NCBI GenBank assembly: GCA_028864975.1 | Contig: JAGWLG010000002.1 | Coordinates: 64,001-128,000 of the forward strand | Source of the DNA: Thermoplasmata archaeon | GTDB lineage: Archaea; Thermoplasmatota; Thermoplasmata; Lutacidiplasmatales; UBA184 | Length of the DNA: 64,000 nucleotides | Reading direction: 5' to 3' | Shown here: positions 27,046 to 36,582 of the stretch, one piece after another | How the letters are laid out: each line of letters opens with the position of its first letter | Position numbering within the stretch: the first letter of the stretch is position 1 | Translations under genes and position numbers: made by a program | Notes under the pieces: model-generated | The model's database searches: none | Told to the model about the DNA's origin: nothing | Seen by the model: the letters and a program-made list of their open reading frames with translations, nothing else

Positions 27046-27942
27046 GTGCTCCAGCGGGTCCTGCGAGGGTTGGTCTGTCCGCCGTGCCGCGCAACGCTGG
27101 ACCGCGACTACCCTTCCGAGAAGGTGGGCGGGCGGGTCCGGATGGCCGAGCTACGCTGTCGGAAATGCCGCGCGGTCTACGCTGTCGAGGAAGGGGTCGG
27201 CCTCTTCTCCGCCCCCCGCAAGGTCGGGCTGGAGTGGCGCTCCGACCCGGGGCTCCTCACACGGCCTCCCGATGAGAGGCTGTGGGCCAACTACCTTGCG
27301 AGCCTGCCCCCGGAGGTGCCGGCGGCCTACGAGGCCGCCAGTCGAGAGATCGTGGGGACCGCGGTGGGCCTGGACGGGCTCGTGGTGGACCTCGCCACCT
27401 GCCGCGGGCACGTCCTACGTCCGCTCGCCGCTCGGAGCGGGGCCCACCAGATGCTCCTGGGGACCGACCCTGAGGTCGCCCGTCTCTACGCGACGCAGGC
27501 CGCGCTCCGCCAGGAGCGGCACTACACCAACGTCTCGCTCATGGAGATGGACGGGACCCGCTGGCCTCTTCGTGATGCTGGGGTCTCGGGGGTCATCTCG
27601 TTCTACGGCCCCTCGATGCTCCCCCACGGGCGGCGTCTGCTCCGGGAGGTCGCTCGGGTCCTCCGCCCAGGGGCGCCCTTCCTGTTCTCGACGTTGCTCA
27701 CCGATGCCGGGACCCTGACCCTGAGGTCGGCGACCCGCCAGGGCACGGGGGAACTGTTGACGGAACCGAGGCTCAAGACCGCGCTCTCGCGCTGCGGGCT
27801 CCAGCTCGAGCGTTGGGAGGTCCTCGCGGAGGGAGATGCCTGGGGCCGCACGGCTTACGACCCCTTGCCCGTGGCCGGGGACCCGTGGAAGCACGTCCTC
27901 GTTCACACCCATCGCCGGCTCGAGCGGCCGCAGATGTCGTAG
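27046..27942 (+). CDS. Trm112-like zinc-binding domain fused to a class I SAM methyltransferase
   Basis: LVCPPCRATL...LRCRKCRAVYAVEEGV (Trm112 pattern); VVDLATCRG, LGTD, WPLRDAGVSGV, RVLRPG. Alternative start 27019. Confidence 0.75.
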   Translation: MLQRVLRGLVCPPCRATLDRDYPSEKVGGRVRMAELRCRKCRAVYAVEEGVGLFSAPRKVGLEWRSDPGLLTRPPDERLWANYLASLPPEVPAAYEAASREIVGTAVGLDGLVVDLATCRGHVLRPLAARSGAHQMLLGTDPEVARLYATQAALRQERHYTNVSLMEMDGTRWPLRDAGVSGVISFYGPSMLPHGRRLLREVARVLRPGAPFLFSTLLTDAGTLTLRSATRQGTGELLTEPRLKTALSRCGLQLERWEVLAEGDAWGRTAYDPLPVAGDPWKHVLVHTHRRLERPQMS

Positions 27943-27967
27943 AGCGCGGGGGCCCGGGGCACGGAGC

Positions 27968-28366
27968 GTGAGCGGAAACCCGAGCGAGGAGGGACCCGAG
28001 CCTCCGTTCCCGAGGTTGCACGCCGTCGCCGCCCCCGTGGTCGTCGCGGGTCTGATCGGGCTCGTGGTCGGGGCGCTCCTGCTCGTCGCGTGTACCCCCT
28101 CGTCTACTTCTGCCCCCTGCGGCGGAGCCAACGCGACCTGCCTCCCCTCAGGGAACTGCCCCTTTGGACCCGATGGCGTGGTCCTGCTCACCGCCGGGCT
28201 CGTCGCGTTGACGGTCGGGATCATCGGGCTGTGGGGGAGGCGTCCGGGGGAGGAGCCTCACCCCGAGCGCCCTGCGGCTCGGCCACCCCCTGACACCGCG
28301 CTCACCCGCATGGAGCAGGAAGCGCACGAACATCGAGAGTCCGCACGGCTCGAACGGGATCGATAG
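27968..28366 (+). CDS. Small 2-TM membrane protein with a 4-Cys loop
   Basis: VVVAGLIGLVVGALLLVAC...C...C...C...VVLLTAGLVALTVGIIGLWG; GTG 27968. Confidence 0.65.
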   Translation: MSGNPSEEGPEPPFPRLHAVAAPVVVAGLIGLVVGALLLVACTPSSTSAPCGGANATCLPSGNCPFGPDGVVLLTAGLVALTVGIIGLWGRRPGEEPHPERPAARPPPDTALTRMEQEAHEHRESARLERDR

Positions 28367-28387
28367 GACCGCGGCCCCGTCCCTGGG

Positions 28388-28395
28388 TATTTATA
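28388..28395 (+). promoter_or_regulatory. TATA box of the SRP RNA gene
   Basis: TATTTATA about 22-28 nt upstream of the predicted RNA 5' end. Confidence 0.7.
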
Positions 28396-28415
28396 CCGCA
28401 GGTCGGCTTCGCTCG

Positions 28416-28730
28416 CTGCTAGGCTTGACCGGGGGGTTAGGCGTCCCCTTGTACACCAGCATCGTCTTCAGTGGGGGTGACAGCCAGGGACGGCGTCGGG
28501 CGGATCCGGTCGCTCGTTCAGTTCCGTGGAAGCTCTGTTCCATCAGGTCGCGGGCACTGCGACGGGCCCTCGGAGGAGGGCCCTAGCGGTTACCCATCAT
28601 GGGTACCGGGTCAGGTCCTGACGGGAGCAGCCCTACCATGACCCGTCGACGCCGATGGGGCAACGGGGCGGAGGAACGGTTCGAGGCTCACGGCCGGACC
28701 CTCACGGCGTCAACCCTGGTGGCCTAGCAT
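28416..28730 (+). ncRNA. ffs: Archaeal SRP (7S) RNA
   Basis: Terminal helix TGCTAGGC (28417-24) / GCCTAGCA (28722-29); Alu-domain GGGGGGTTAGGCGTCCCCTTGTA; helix 6 GGGCCCTC-GGAG-GAGGGCCC; helix 8 CAGG-TCC-TGAC-GGG-AGCAG SRP54 site; about 315 nt. Confidence 0.93.
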
Positions 28731-28794
28731 CCGACCCAAGGGTCGTCCGAGGTCGCGGCACGCTTAAGGTTCTGCGCAGCTGCCCTCCCCTTCG

Positions 28795-29094
28795 ATGATC
28801 ACCTACATCGACCTGTTCTTTCCGTCGCAGGGTCCGACCGCAGGCGAGGTCGCTCAGCTCCTGAAGGAGAAGGCGGGGCTTTCGTTCATCAAGGGCCCCC
28901 ATGACATCTGCTTCCAGTGGGGAAGTTTCGAGGAGTTCACGGAGTCGATCGAGAAGATCCATTCCGCGCTCCAGGGAACTGGGGTCATCTACCGTTTCGT
29001 CTCGAGCGAGGAGGAGAGCGGCAGCTTCGAGGACCTGGTCGGCTGGCCCCCCATGGGGGTGCCCTCCCACCCGTCCACACGGCGGGAGCGCTAG
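28795..29094 (+). CDS. Small acidic hypothetical protein (probable ferredoxin-like fold), paralog A
   Basis: TYIDLFF...GLSFIKGPHD...W...YRF.S.EEE...WPPM; colinear with the next gene. Confidence 0.75.
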   Translation: MITYIDLFFPSQGPTAGEVAQLLKEKAGLSFIKGPHDICFQWGSFEEFTESIEKIHSALQGTGVIYRFVSSEEESGSFEDLVGWPPMGVPSHPSTRRER

Positions 29095-29217
29095 GTCCGC
29101 GCCCTCCCGACCCCCCCACCCCCCCTCTGCGAGTGGAGATGGGGAACATCGAACGGCCCGTTGCGACCCCCGAGGGCAGCTTATAGTTGGGCGTGAGATG
29201 CAGAACTAGAGGAAACC

Positions 29218-29508
29218 GTGCGTACCTACGTGGACATCTACTTCAGTGCCGCGGGAGCCTCTCCGATGAAGGTTGCCGAGGCCCTGAAGAAGGAGGTCGG
29301 GCTCTCGTTCGTGTTCGGAGAACACGACTTCGTCATCAACTGGCAGACAACGGAAGAGCTCTTCGAGATCATCCACAGGATGAACGAAGTACTTCGTCCC
29401 ATGGGGGTCTACTTCCGATTCGAGTCGCACGAGGAGCAAGAGGAGGAGCCTGAGCTCCGGGAGTTCTCCTGGCCACCCATGTTGCCTTCCTCCCCTGGGG
29501 AACGCTAG
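29218..29508 (+). CDS. Small acidic hypothetical protein, paralog B
   Basis: TYVDIYF...GLSFVFGEHD...W...YFRFES.EE...WPPM; own CTTATA promoter at about 29180. Confidence 0.75.
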   Translation: MRTYVDIYFSAAGASPMKVAEALKKEVGLSFVFGEHDFVINWQTTEELFEIIHRMNEVLRPMGVYFRFESHEEQEEEPELREFSWPPMLPSSPGER

Positions 29509-29521
29509 TAGCGTTAGGGAG

Positions 29522-29995
29522 TCACGTCGAGCGAGCGGCGGCGGGCCAGCCTTCCGACGCTGGGTCCACGAGCGTTCGGGTGAAGCTCGCTCTCAGTCCA
29601 TCCGAGAGAGGCTTCTTTTCCAAGCGCTTGTAGTCGTAGGCGACCTGGACGGAGCGTGCCCTCATCAGGACCGTTCCGGTCGCTTCGTCGCTGAACCGGT
29701 AGAGGAGTTCCCAGCTGGTCCTTCCGACGTGAGAGGGAGCGACCTCTCCTAGGACCCTGTGAGCATACCGGACCGGGACGAAGTAGCGGGCTCCCGCCTC
29801 CGCAAGAATGAAATCGATCTCCATCGGGTCCTTGAGCCCGGAGAGGTGCATGTAGTGGTGGAGCCGCAAGGTCTCCATCCACGTGAAGACGACCGAGTTG
29901 TTGACATGACCCGCCAGGTCGAGGTCGCGGAAGGTCACTTCGAAAGGCTCGTGGAAGCTCCAACGCTCCCGCGCCGTTACCTCCTGCGTACCCAT
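29522..29995 (-). CDS. Acyl-CoA thioesterase (4HBT/YbgC hotdog fold)
   Basis: VTFRDLDLAGHVNNSVVFTWMETLR, GRTSW; start ATG 29995. Confidence 0.92.
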   Translation of the reverse strand: MGTQEVTARERWSFHEPFEVTFRDLDLAGHVNNSVVFTWMETLRLHHYMHLSGLKDPMEIDFILAEAGARYFVPVRYAHRVLGEVAPSHVGRTSWELLYRFSDEATGTVLMRARSVQVAYDYKRLEKKPLSDGLRASFTRTLVDPASEGWPAAARST

Positions 29996-30129
29996 GATGC
30001 TCCTTCCTCGGAGGGCGCCGGCCGCAAGAGGATATAGGCCTCTCCGCTCCTCCCCCGCTCCGTGATGTCCCACGTGGACCTCCCCACGGACCCGGGGGTC
30101 TCCACTCGCAGCCAAGGGGGGGGAGGGTC

Positions 30130-31473
30130 GTGACGCTCTCGCCCTCCTCGACATGGGCCACCCAGGCCTCCCCCGAGGAGATGCGAGCCTCCGTAGAACG
30201 CGTGCGGAAGGCCACGAAAGTGCACTCGAAGTTCTTTGAGGATTCGATCCCGCTCATCGCCTCAGAGAACCTGCTCTCCCCTTACGCGAAGGAGCTCCTC
30301 ATCTCCGACCTCCATTCGCGCTACGCGGAGGGGCTTCCGGGCGAGCGCTACTACGAGGGGAACGCCTGGGTCGACGAGATCGAGAACGAGTGCCTGGCGC
30401 TCGCCCGTCGGCTGTTCCGCTGCAATTTCGCGGACGTCCGCCCCATCTCGGGGACCGTGGCGAACATGGCCGTGCTCAAGGCGATGGCCGACCCGGGGAG
30501 CACCATCGGGAGCTGCCGACTCGCGGACGGGGCGCACATCTCCTCCGCCTCGTTCGGGGCCTTCGGGCTCCGGGGGGTCAAGCCGGTCCACTACGCCTTC
30601 GACACGTCGAAGATGCAGCTTGACGTCGACGCGACGAAGCGGATCCTCCTGCAGGAACGGCCCAAGCTTTGCCTCTTTGGCCTCTCCCTCTTCCTCTTCC
30701 CGTTCCCGCTCCGCGAGCTCCAGGAGACGCTCAAGGAGATCGGGGCGTTGGGATGGTACGACGGGGCCCACGTGCTGGGTCTCATCGGCGGTGGGCAGTT
30801 CCAGGACCCGCTCCACGAAGGATGTACGGTGCTGTCGGCCTCCACCCACAAGACCCTCCCGGGACCGCAACACGGCATCGTGCTCGGGGAGACCTCGGAT
30901 GCCGACCTCGTGAGGAAGCTCCAATCGGCCTGCTTCCCCGGCGTCACCAGCAACCACCACCTGAACGCCATGGCAGCCCTCGCCGTCTCCCTGGCGGAGC
31001 ATCTCGCCTTCGGCGAGGAGTATGCCCGTCAGGTCGTGGCCAACGCCCGAGCCCTGGGACAGGCGCTGACCGAGCACGGGTTCGAGGTCCTCTGCGCGGA
31101 CCAGGGGTTCACACGGAGCCACACCATCGCGGTCCGCGTCGAGAAGGAGGGGGGAGGCGAGGACGGTTCGAAGAAGCTCGTTGCCGCCGGGATCGTCACC
31201 AACAAGAACCTCTTGCCGGGGGACAAGAGCCCGAAGCACCCCCAGGGGATCCGACTTGGGACCCCGGAGGTCACGCGGCTCGGGATGAAGGAGAAGGAGA
31301 TGGCGCGGATCGCAGAGCTGTTCGACCTGCTCCTGCACCGGGGGAAGAGCCCCCAAGAGGTGGCCCTGGCCGCCAAGGAGCTCAAGCGAGGCTTCACCAC
31401 ACTCCAGTACTGCTTCGGGGCGGGCGAGGCCGCCTACCGCTACTACGACCTGGTGGGCGACTCCCGCGCCTGA
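30130..31473 (+). CDS. glyA: Serine hydroxymethyltransferase (archaeal type)
   Basis: IPLIASEN, RYAEGLPGERYYEG, RPISGTVAN, YDGAHVLGLI, STHKTLPGPQHG (PLP Lys), GIRLGTPEVTR. Start could be ATG 30181. Confidence 0.96.
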   Translation: MTLSPSSTWATQASPEEMRASVERVRKATKVHSKFFEDSIPLIASENLLSPYAKELLISDLHSRYAEGLPGERYYEGNAWVDEIENECLALARRLFRCNFADVRPISGTVANMAVLKAMADPGSTIGSCRLADGAHISSASFGAFGLRGVKPVHYAFDTSKMQLDVDATKRILLQERPKLCLFGLSLFLFPFPLRELQETLKEIGALGWYDGAHVLGLIGGGQFQDPLHEGCTVLSASTHKTLPGPQHGIVLGETSDADLVRKLQSACFPGVTSNHHLNAMAALAVSLAEHLAFGEEYARQVVANARALGQALTEHGFEVLCADQGFTRSHTIAVRVEKEGGGEDGSKKLVAAGIVTNKNLLPGDKSPKHPQGIRLGTPEVTRLGMKEKEMARIAELFDLLLHRGKSPQEVALAAKELKRGFTTLQYCFGAGEAAYRYYDLVGDSRA

Positions 31474-31483
31474 GGCGTGGTCC

Positions 31484-32053
31484 GTGGACCATCTACCCAA
31501 GCCGTTTGATCGCCTGCTCTCGATTCGGAAGGACGAGCGGCTCCTCGCTTGCTGGCATGCTCAATACGTCCTCCTCGATGCCTCCGGCAGGCTCCACTCG
31601 GGCTTCTTTGTGAGGGGCTCCGAACTGGAGATCGACGTGAGGCAGGGCCTCTTGCTCCTCACCGACAAGGGCCTGGCGTATGTTCGGGTGAGGGGCTTGG
31701 TGGGGTTCGAGCAGCTCAAGTCCTACCCACCCATCCCGTACGGGCATCTTCTCGGTGCAGGGGTTGCCCGATACCCCGCCGACCTCCGGCCGGCGCTCAG
31801 GCTGAGGGCTCAGAGGGGTGGTGCTGGAACGGACTCCTCCGAAGCGTGGCCGCCGGGGCCGGGCGCCATGGACCTCCTGTTCGTCGTAGGGCGCGACGAG
31901 AACGTCGAGTCGGTCGCCTCCGCCATCAGGAACGTCGCGGGGCTGGACCCGCTCACAACCGCACCATCCGTCGAGCGTGACGCCCGACCGCTCCGGTCAG
32001 GGGACGCGGATGGCGCGGTCCTCTTCCGCGCAGAGGCGGACCCCGACGAGTGA
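31484..32053 (+). CDS. Hypothetical protein, possible bacterial-PH-like domain
   Basis: DERLL...GLLLLTDKGLAYV pattern resembles bPH folds; operonic after glyA. Confidence 0.55.
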   Translation: MDHLPKPFDRLLSIRKDERLLACWHAQYVLLDASGRLHSGFFVRGSELEIDVRQGLLLLTDKGLAYVRVRGLVGFEQLKSYPPIPYGHLLGAGVARYPADLRPALRLRAQRGGAGTDSSEAWPPGPGAMDLLFVVGRDENVESVASAIRNVAGLDPLTTAPSVERDARPLRSGDADGAVLFRAEADPDE

Positions 32054-32091
32054 CCCCCCTCTTCGTCGCCCACCTGCGCGGTCCAGTCTGC

Positions 32092-32784
32092 CTAGCTCGC
32101 GCGTCCGCGTCGCGGGCGCTCCTCCCTAGGGAGACGGATCACGTGCGCTCCGGGCTCCTCGGGGCGCGGGCGTTCGCTCCAGGTTCGCTCGGTCCACTCC
32201 GCATAGCGAGGGGAGCGAAGACGCCAGACCTCCCTGGCGCTCAAACGTCGCTCCTCTTTCCATCGAGCCCGGGCGTCACGCGTGGCCCGCAGCGCGAGGT
32301 TCCCCAGGAAGGCCCCGCTGCCCAAAGATGCGAGCGCCGCCGCACCTTCCGCCGCCTGGCCCGGCACGGCCAGGTCGGGAGCCCACAGGACCCCTACGAG
32401 CAGAAGCAAGGCCGCGCCGATCGAGAGAACGGCGGCGAGAACGATCCTGAGCTCGTTGTCGACGACCACGTAGTCGCAAAGCCGGTAGCTCTCGAGGTCC
32501 GAGAGGTCTCGCGATCTCGGCACCGGGGGAGGCGACCTCCTAGGTGCGCCGGGCCCGGCCTTGGGCGACGAGGATAGATGGTCGTACTCGCGCCTTCGCA
32601 CCGGGTCGTTGAGCGTCTCGTACGCCTCCCGCAACTGTCGGGTGTTCGCCTCCGCGACCCTGCGATCGCCCTGGTAGACGTCCGGGTGGTACCGTCGGAG
32701 GAGGCGGCGATAGGCCCGCCGCAGCTCCTCCGGTCCCGCGGAGCGGTCGACGCCGAGCACGCGGTAGTGGTCCACGGTGGGCAT
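32092..32784 (-). CDS. J-domain (DnaJ-like) protein with a C-terminal TM pair
   Basis: DHYRVLGV...ELRRAYRRL..RYHPD...LREAYETLNDPVRRREYD; two hydrophobic segments. Confidence 0.88.
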   Translation of the reverse strand: MPTVDHYRVLGVDRSAGPEELRRAYRRLLRRYHPDVYQGDRRVAEANTRQLREAYETLNDPVRRREYDHLSSSPKAGPGAPRRSPPPVPRSRDLSDLESYRLCDYVVVDNELRIVLAAVLSIGAALLLLVGVLWAPDLAVPGQAAEGAAALASLGSGAFLGNLALRATRDARARWKEERRLSAREVWRLRSPRYAEWTERTWSERPRPEEPGAHVIRLPREERPRRGRAS

Positions 32785-32860
32785 GGGGATGGGACCGGTC
32801 CTAGAGGGGCCGGACGCCGTTGGGGGGCTAAGCGATTGCGACCGGGGCCGGGAGGGCACG

Positions 32861-35800
32861 CTAGGGCTGGTCCGACCTGGGCGGGGTCCCTTCCACCGAC
32901 CGACGGCCTCGGGACACCTCCCGCGTCAGCCGCGTCGGCATCGGGCGCGGTCGGATGGGGACCTCGGCAGGGTTCCGTCGGAAGGCTCGCAAGAAGTTCG
33001 GCCGCCACCAGATGCGGTCGCGGCTTGCCCCCAAGATCGCGGGGACGAGGTAGGTCCGTACCACGGCGGCGTCCAAGATGACCGCCGCTCCCACGGCGAA
33101 CCCGAGCACGCGGAGCAGGCTCACCTGGGCCGCGACGAGGGCGAAGAACGCGCCCCCCAAGATGACGGCGGCGGCCGTGATGATCCCCGCGGTGTGCGCG
33201 ACCGCATCGATCACCGCACGTCGTGGTGGGCTCCCCTTGAGCCGCTCTTCACGGATACGGGTGAGGATGAAGATGTTGTAGTCCATCCCCAGGCCCATGA
33301 TGAGCAGGAAGAGCACGGGGGGGATGTAGAAGAAGAGCGAAAGCTCGAGTCCGAGGACGAAGACCGCGTAGCTCAGGGCCCAGGACCATGCGGCCGAGAG
33401 GGCGATGGTGATGAGCGCGAGGGGAGGGAGCACCGCCGAGCCCAGGGCGAGGAACAAGACCAGGAGGAGCCCGACGATGATGATGAGCTCCATCCGTTGC
33501 GCGCTCTCGGCGAGCTGGGCCTGAAGGTCCTTGGTGATCGAGGCCGCGCCTCCGTAATAGACGTGCGAGACCGTGGGGTGGGTCGCGGTGAAGCTCGAGA
33601 GGTTCCCCTCGATCGAGTTGAGCTCGTTCACCCCTTCGTTGGTGTTGCCGTTCGAGTCGAGCGCGACGGTGTAGTCGACCGTCGTTCCATCGTTCCCTAC
33701 GTAGGAGGTGAGCGTCGCCAGCAAGGTCGCCTGGGGGACGGGGAGGGCGGAGGTGAGATTGAGCCACGTGGGGAGCGGGGCACCCCCCGACCCGAACATG
33801 GAGTTCACGGAACGGACGCCCGAGTGCACCGTGAGCAGGTGGGCGATGCCGTTCGCCTCCGCAAGCTCTGTCGGGCTCACGTACGCGACGTTCGAGTTCG
33901 GCGGACACGCGAGGCCCGGAGCGACAGGGGCCGAGGGCACGGCGGCCGTGCACGTCTCCACGAGCGGTGTCTGGAAGGTGACCAGGATGTCGAGAGGGAA
34001 CACGTAGCCCGGACCGAAGTTCCCGGAAAGCTCGTTCAGGCCCTGGGTCGCAGGCTGGGAGGGCGGCAGCTGTCCGAAGTAGCTGTAGGACTGCGGTGCC
34101 GTCAGCGCAAGGTAGACCAGCGGGATCGAGACCAGCGTGGCAAGGAGCAGCACCGTCGCCGGGCGCTTGGTCGCGACACGGCTCGCGCGGTGGAAGTAGG
34201 TGTTCCTTCTCCTCACCGCCAGGTTCCGGGCCGCGGCTTGTTTGCGGAAGCGCTCGCCGGTGTAGGGCCAGAAGATGCGAGGCCCGATGAGGTAGAGGAC
34301 CGCGGGGACCAGGGTCAGCGCCACGAGGATAGCGATGGTCACACCGGTGGAGAGGACCTTTCCCCAGTCGGTGATGAGCGAGGCCCCCGAGAAGGTCATG
34401 GCCAGCGTCGCCAGGACGACCGTGCTTCCGCTCGTCGCGATGCTCTCCCCTGCCCACGTGACCGCGTTGACCAGCGCCTCCCGGTGCTCCTTCCCCGACC
34501 AGAGCTCCTCGCGGTAGCGCGCCGTCAGGAAGACGGAGTAGTCGGTACCGACCCCGAGCGAGAAGGTCACGAGGAGCGTGAGCGAGGTGTCCGTGACCTG
34601 TCCCGTGAACGTCGTAGTGATGACCATCGCAGCCAGGCCCAGCAGGAGCGCGAGCCCGATGGTCAGCAGGACCAGGACCGGGGTGAGGGGCGCACGGAAG
34701 TAGAGCGCGGTGATCGCCAGCAGGAGCACGACCGTGATGGGCAGGATCGCGTTGGTGTCCTGATTGATGAGGTTCGACTCGGTGATCACCAGCGCGGCGT
34801 CGCCCGTCTGGACCCAGCCGATCGTCCCGGCGGCCCCCACCTGGGAGAGCGCGAGGGGCGTGAGCCGGTCGACATCGCTCACGACGCGCTGGGCCTGAGG
34901 TCCTTGGTCGGAGACGTTCAGCGCGATGACGATGACCGTGACATTGTTGGCCGCCCCATCCACGAACGTCCCCAGGATCGAGGGGGGGACGGGGGTCGCG
35001 TACGTGGCGGGGGTCCCGCTCGAGATGATGGCGTAGCTCCAGGCGTCGAGCGCCGAGGAGGAGGGGTCGAGGCTAGTGTCTGGGCTCCAGGTGGCCCACG
35101 TGGCGTTGAGATCGGGGAAGGGAACCCCCGAGGTCAACGCCAGGAAATGCAGGGTCGCCCACTGGACCGGAGGCGTGTAGCTGAAATTGGTGAGATTGAG
35201 CTGCGCGAGGACCCACCGGTCGAGGAACCCCCCGCCCCGGAGACCGGCAGCCACTGGGTCCGAGTGGAGGGCACGGACCATCGAGGCGGTGCAGCTGGAG
35301 ACCAGGGACTGGTTCGGGACGGAACCCCAGCATCCGTTGGAGGCGTTCCAGCCGTCGGGGGAGGGTCCTCCCAGATAGCCGTGGTAGAAGAGGGAGAGGT
35401 TCTGAAGGGCCAAGGGCTGGTTCGAGAGCGCCGGGTTCGAGAGGGTCCTCTGGTAGGCGGGGGCGTTGTAGGAGTTTGGAGGGGCCATCGACCCGTTCGC
35501 GATCCCCGCTTGGTAGAGGGTTGCCCAGTTGGAGAGGTAGAGCCCGGCGGTCCCCCAGAGGAGCTGGGAGGTCCCGTCCATCGCGTCGAAGAGGGAGGCG
35601 TTCCCGACGAACCCGGGGCGGAGCACGGCGAGCCGCGCGGTCTCCTCGGCGTTGAGGTAGCTCTGGTACGTCGTGTAGAGACTGTCGACCCGGCCCACGC
35701 TGGTGATGTGGGTGTCGTTCTCCAAGGCGCGCGTCACGGCGAGGGTCGCGTCGCGGCCCACGACCCCCGTGATGTCCGGGCCGGAGAGGAGCACCAGCGT

Positions 35801-36061
35801 GTCCGCGTTCACCGTGGCGTTAGGGAAGACCTGCCCCGCCTGCTTCGCCTCCTGGGAGCTGGGCTCGCTCGAGGGGATCGTCAGGGCGCTGGAGGTGGTC
35901 GCATTCCCGATGTGGGTGAGGAGGGGCGCCGCCGCGAGAAGGAAGAGTACCCAGACGAGCACGACCAACTTCGCGTGGCCAACGATGAGCTCCCCGAGCC
36001 GGGCGAACGGGCCGCGGACGTGGACCTGGGCCCGGCTCTCAACGCGCCCGTCATCCGACAT
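32861..36061 (-). CDS. MMPL/RND-family membrane transporter with a large extracellular domain
   Basis: LGVGTDYSVFLTARYREEL, GESIATSGSTV, MGLGMDYNIFILTRIREE, TAGIITAAAVIL, RTYLVPA. Confidence 0.93.
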   Translation of the reverse strand: MSDDGRVESRAQVHVRGPFARLGELIVGHAKLVVLVWVLFLLAAAPLLTHIGNATTSSALTIPSSEPSSQEAKQAGQVFPNATVNADTLVLLSGPDITGVVGRDATLAVTRALENDTHITSVGRVDSLYTTYQSYLNAEETARLAVLRPGFVGNASLFDAMDGTSQLLWGTAGLYLSNWATLYQAGIANGSMAPPNSYNAPAYQRTLSNPALSNQPLALQNLSLFYHGYLGGPSPDGWNASNGCWGSVPNQSLVSSCTASMVRALHSDPVAAGLRGGGFLDRWVLAQLNLTNFSYTPPVQWATLHFLALTSGVPFPDLNATWATWSPDTSLDPSSSALDAWSYAIISSGTPATYATPVPPSILGTFVDGAANNVTVIVIALNVSDQGPQAQRVVSDVDRLTPLALSQVGAAGTIGWVQTGDAALVITESNLINQDTNAILPITVVLLLAITALYFRAPLTPVLVLLTIGLALLLGLAAMVITTTFTGQVTDTSLTLLVTFSLGVGTDYSVFLTARYREELWSGKEHREALVNAVTWAGESIATSGSTVVLATLAMTFSGASLITDWGKVLSTGVTIAILVALTLVPAVLYLIGPRIFWPYTGERFRKQAAARNLAVRRRNTYFHRASRVATKRPATVLLLATLVSIPLVYLALTAPQSYSYFGQLPPSQPATQGLNELSGNFGPGYVFPLDILVTFQTPLVETCTAAVPSAPVAPGLACPPNSNVAYVSPTELAEANGIAHLLTVHSGVRSVNSMFGSGGAPLPTWLNLTSALPVPQATLLATLTSYVGNDGTTVDYTVALDSNGNTNEGVNELNSIEGNLSSFTATHPTVSHVYYGGAASITKDLQAQLAESAQRMELIIIVGLLLVLFLALGSAVLPPLALITIALSAAWSWALSYAVFVLGLELSLFFYIPPVLFLLIMGLGMDYNIFILTRIREERLKGSPPRRAVIDAVAHTAGIITAAAVILGGAFFALVAAQVSLLRVLGFAVGAAVILDAAVVRTYLVPAILGASRDRIWWRPNFLRAFRRNPAEVPIRPRPMPTRLTREVSRGRRSVEGTPPRSDQP

Positions 36062-36221
36062 GGTCCCGGGGGTTCCTCTCGATGGGGAACGACCCGGCGC
36101 ACGTTCTCTCGCGTATAGGTGTTGGGGGTGGGACCTCTTCGAGCTGGGTCGGCTGAAGCTCCGGGGGTGTGAGGCGCGGGACGCAGGAGAGGAGAAGAAC
36201 CTCCGGGGAACTTCCTCATCG

Positions 36222-36515
36222 ATGCCCGACCAGGTTCGCTATCGATGGATCGTCGGCGGACGCGTCCAGGGCGTGGGCTACCGCGCCCACGTGGCCCGCC
36301 TGGCCGAGCGCCTCAAGATCGTGGGGTCCGTTCGCAACTTGAGCGATGGCACGGTCGAGGTCGTGGCGCAGGGGCTCCCCACGATGGTCGAAGCGTTCCG
36401 CGCAGCCCTGCTAGCTCCCGCTTGGCCTTGCCACCCGGAAGGGATACGGCGAACCGAGGGACTTCCTCCCGACCTCGGCCTCGGGGAGTTCCGGGTCGCG
36501 GCTTCCTCGGATTGA
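36222..36515 (+). CDS. acyP: Acylphosphatase
   Basis: VGGRVQGVGYR, GSVRNLSDGTVEVVAQG. Confidence 0.93.
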   Translation: MPDQVRYRWIVGGRVQGVGYRAHVARLAERLKIVGSVRNLSDGTVEVVAQGLPTMVEAFRAALLAPAWPCHPEGIRRTEGLPPDLGLGEFRVAASSD

Positions 36516-36582
36516 GAAGGACGTCTCGAAAGCTTGGCTGAAATAGTCCCGCTGGGCTGTAGTAACGGCCGAGCGTGACATC

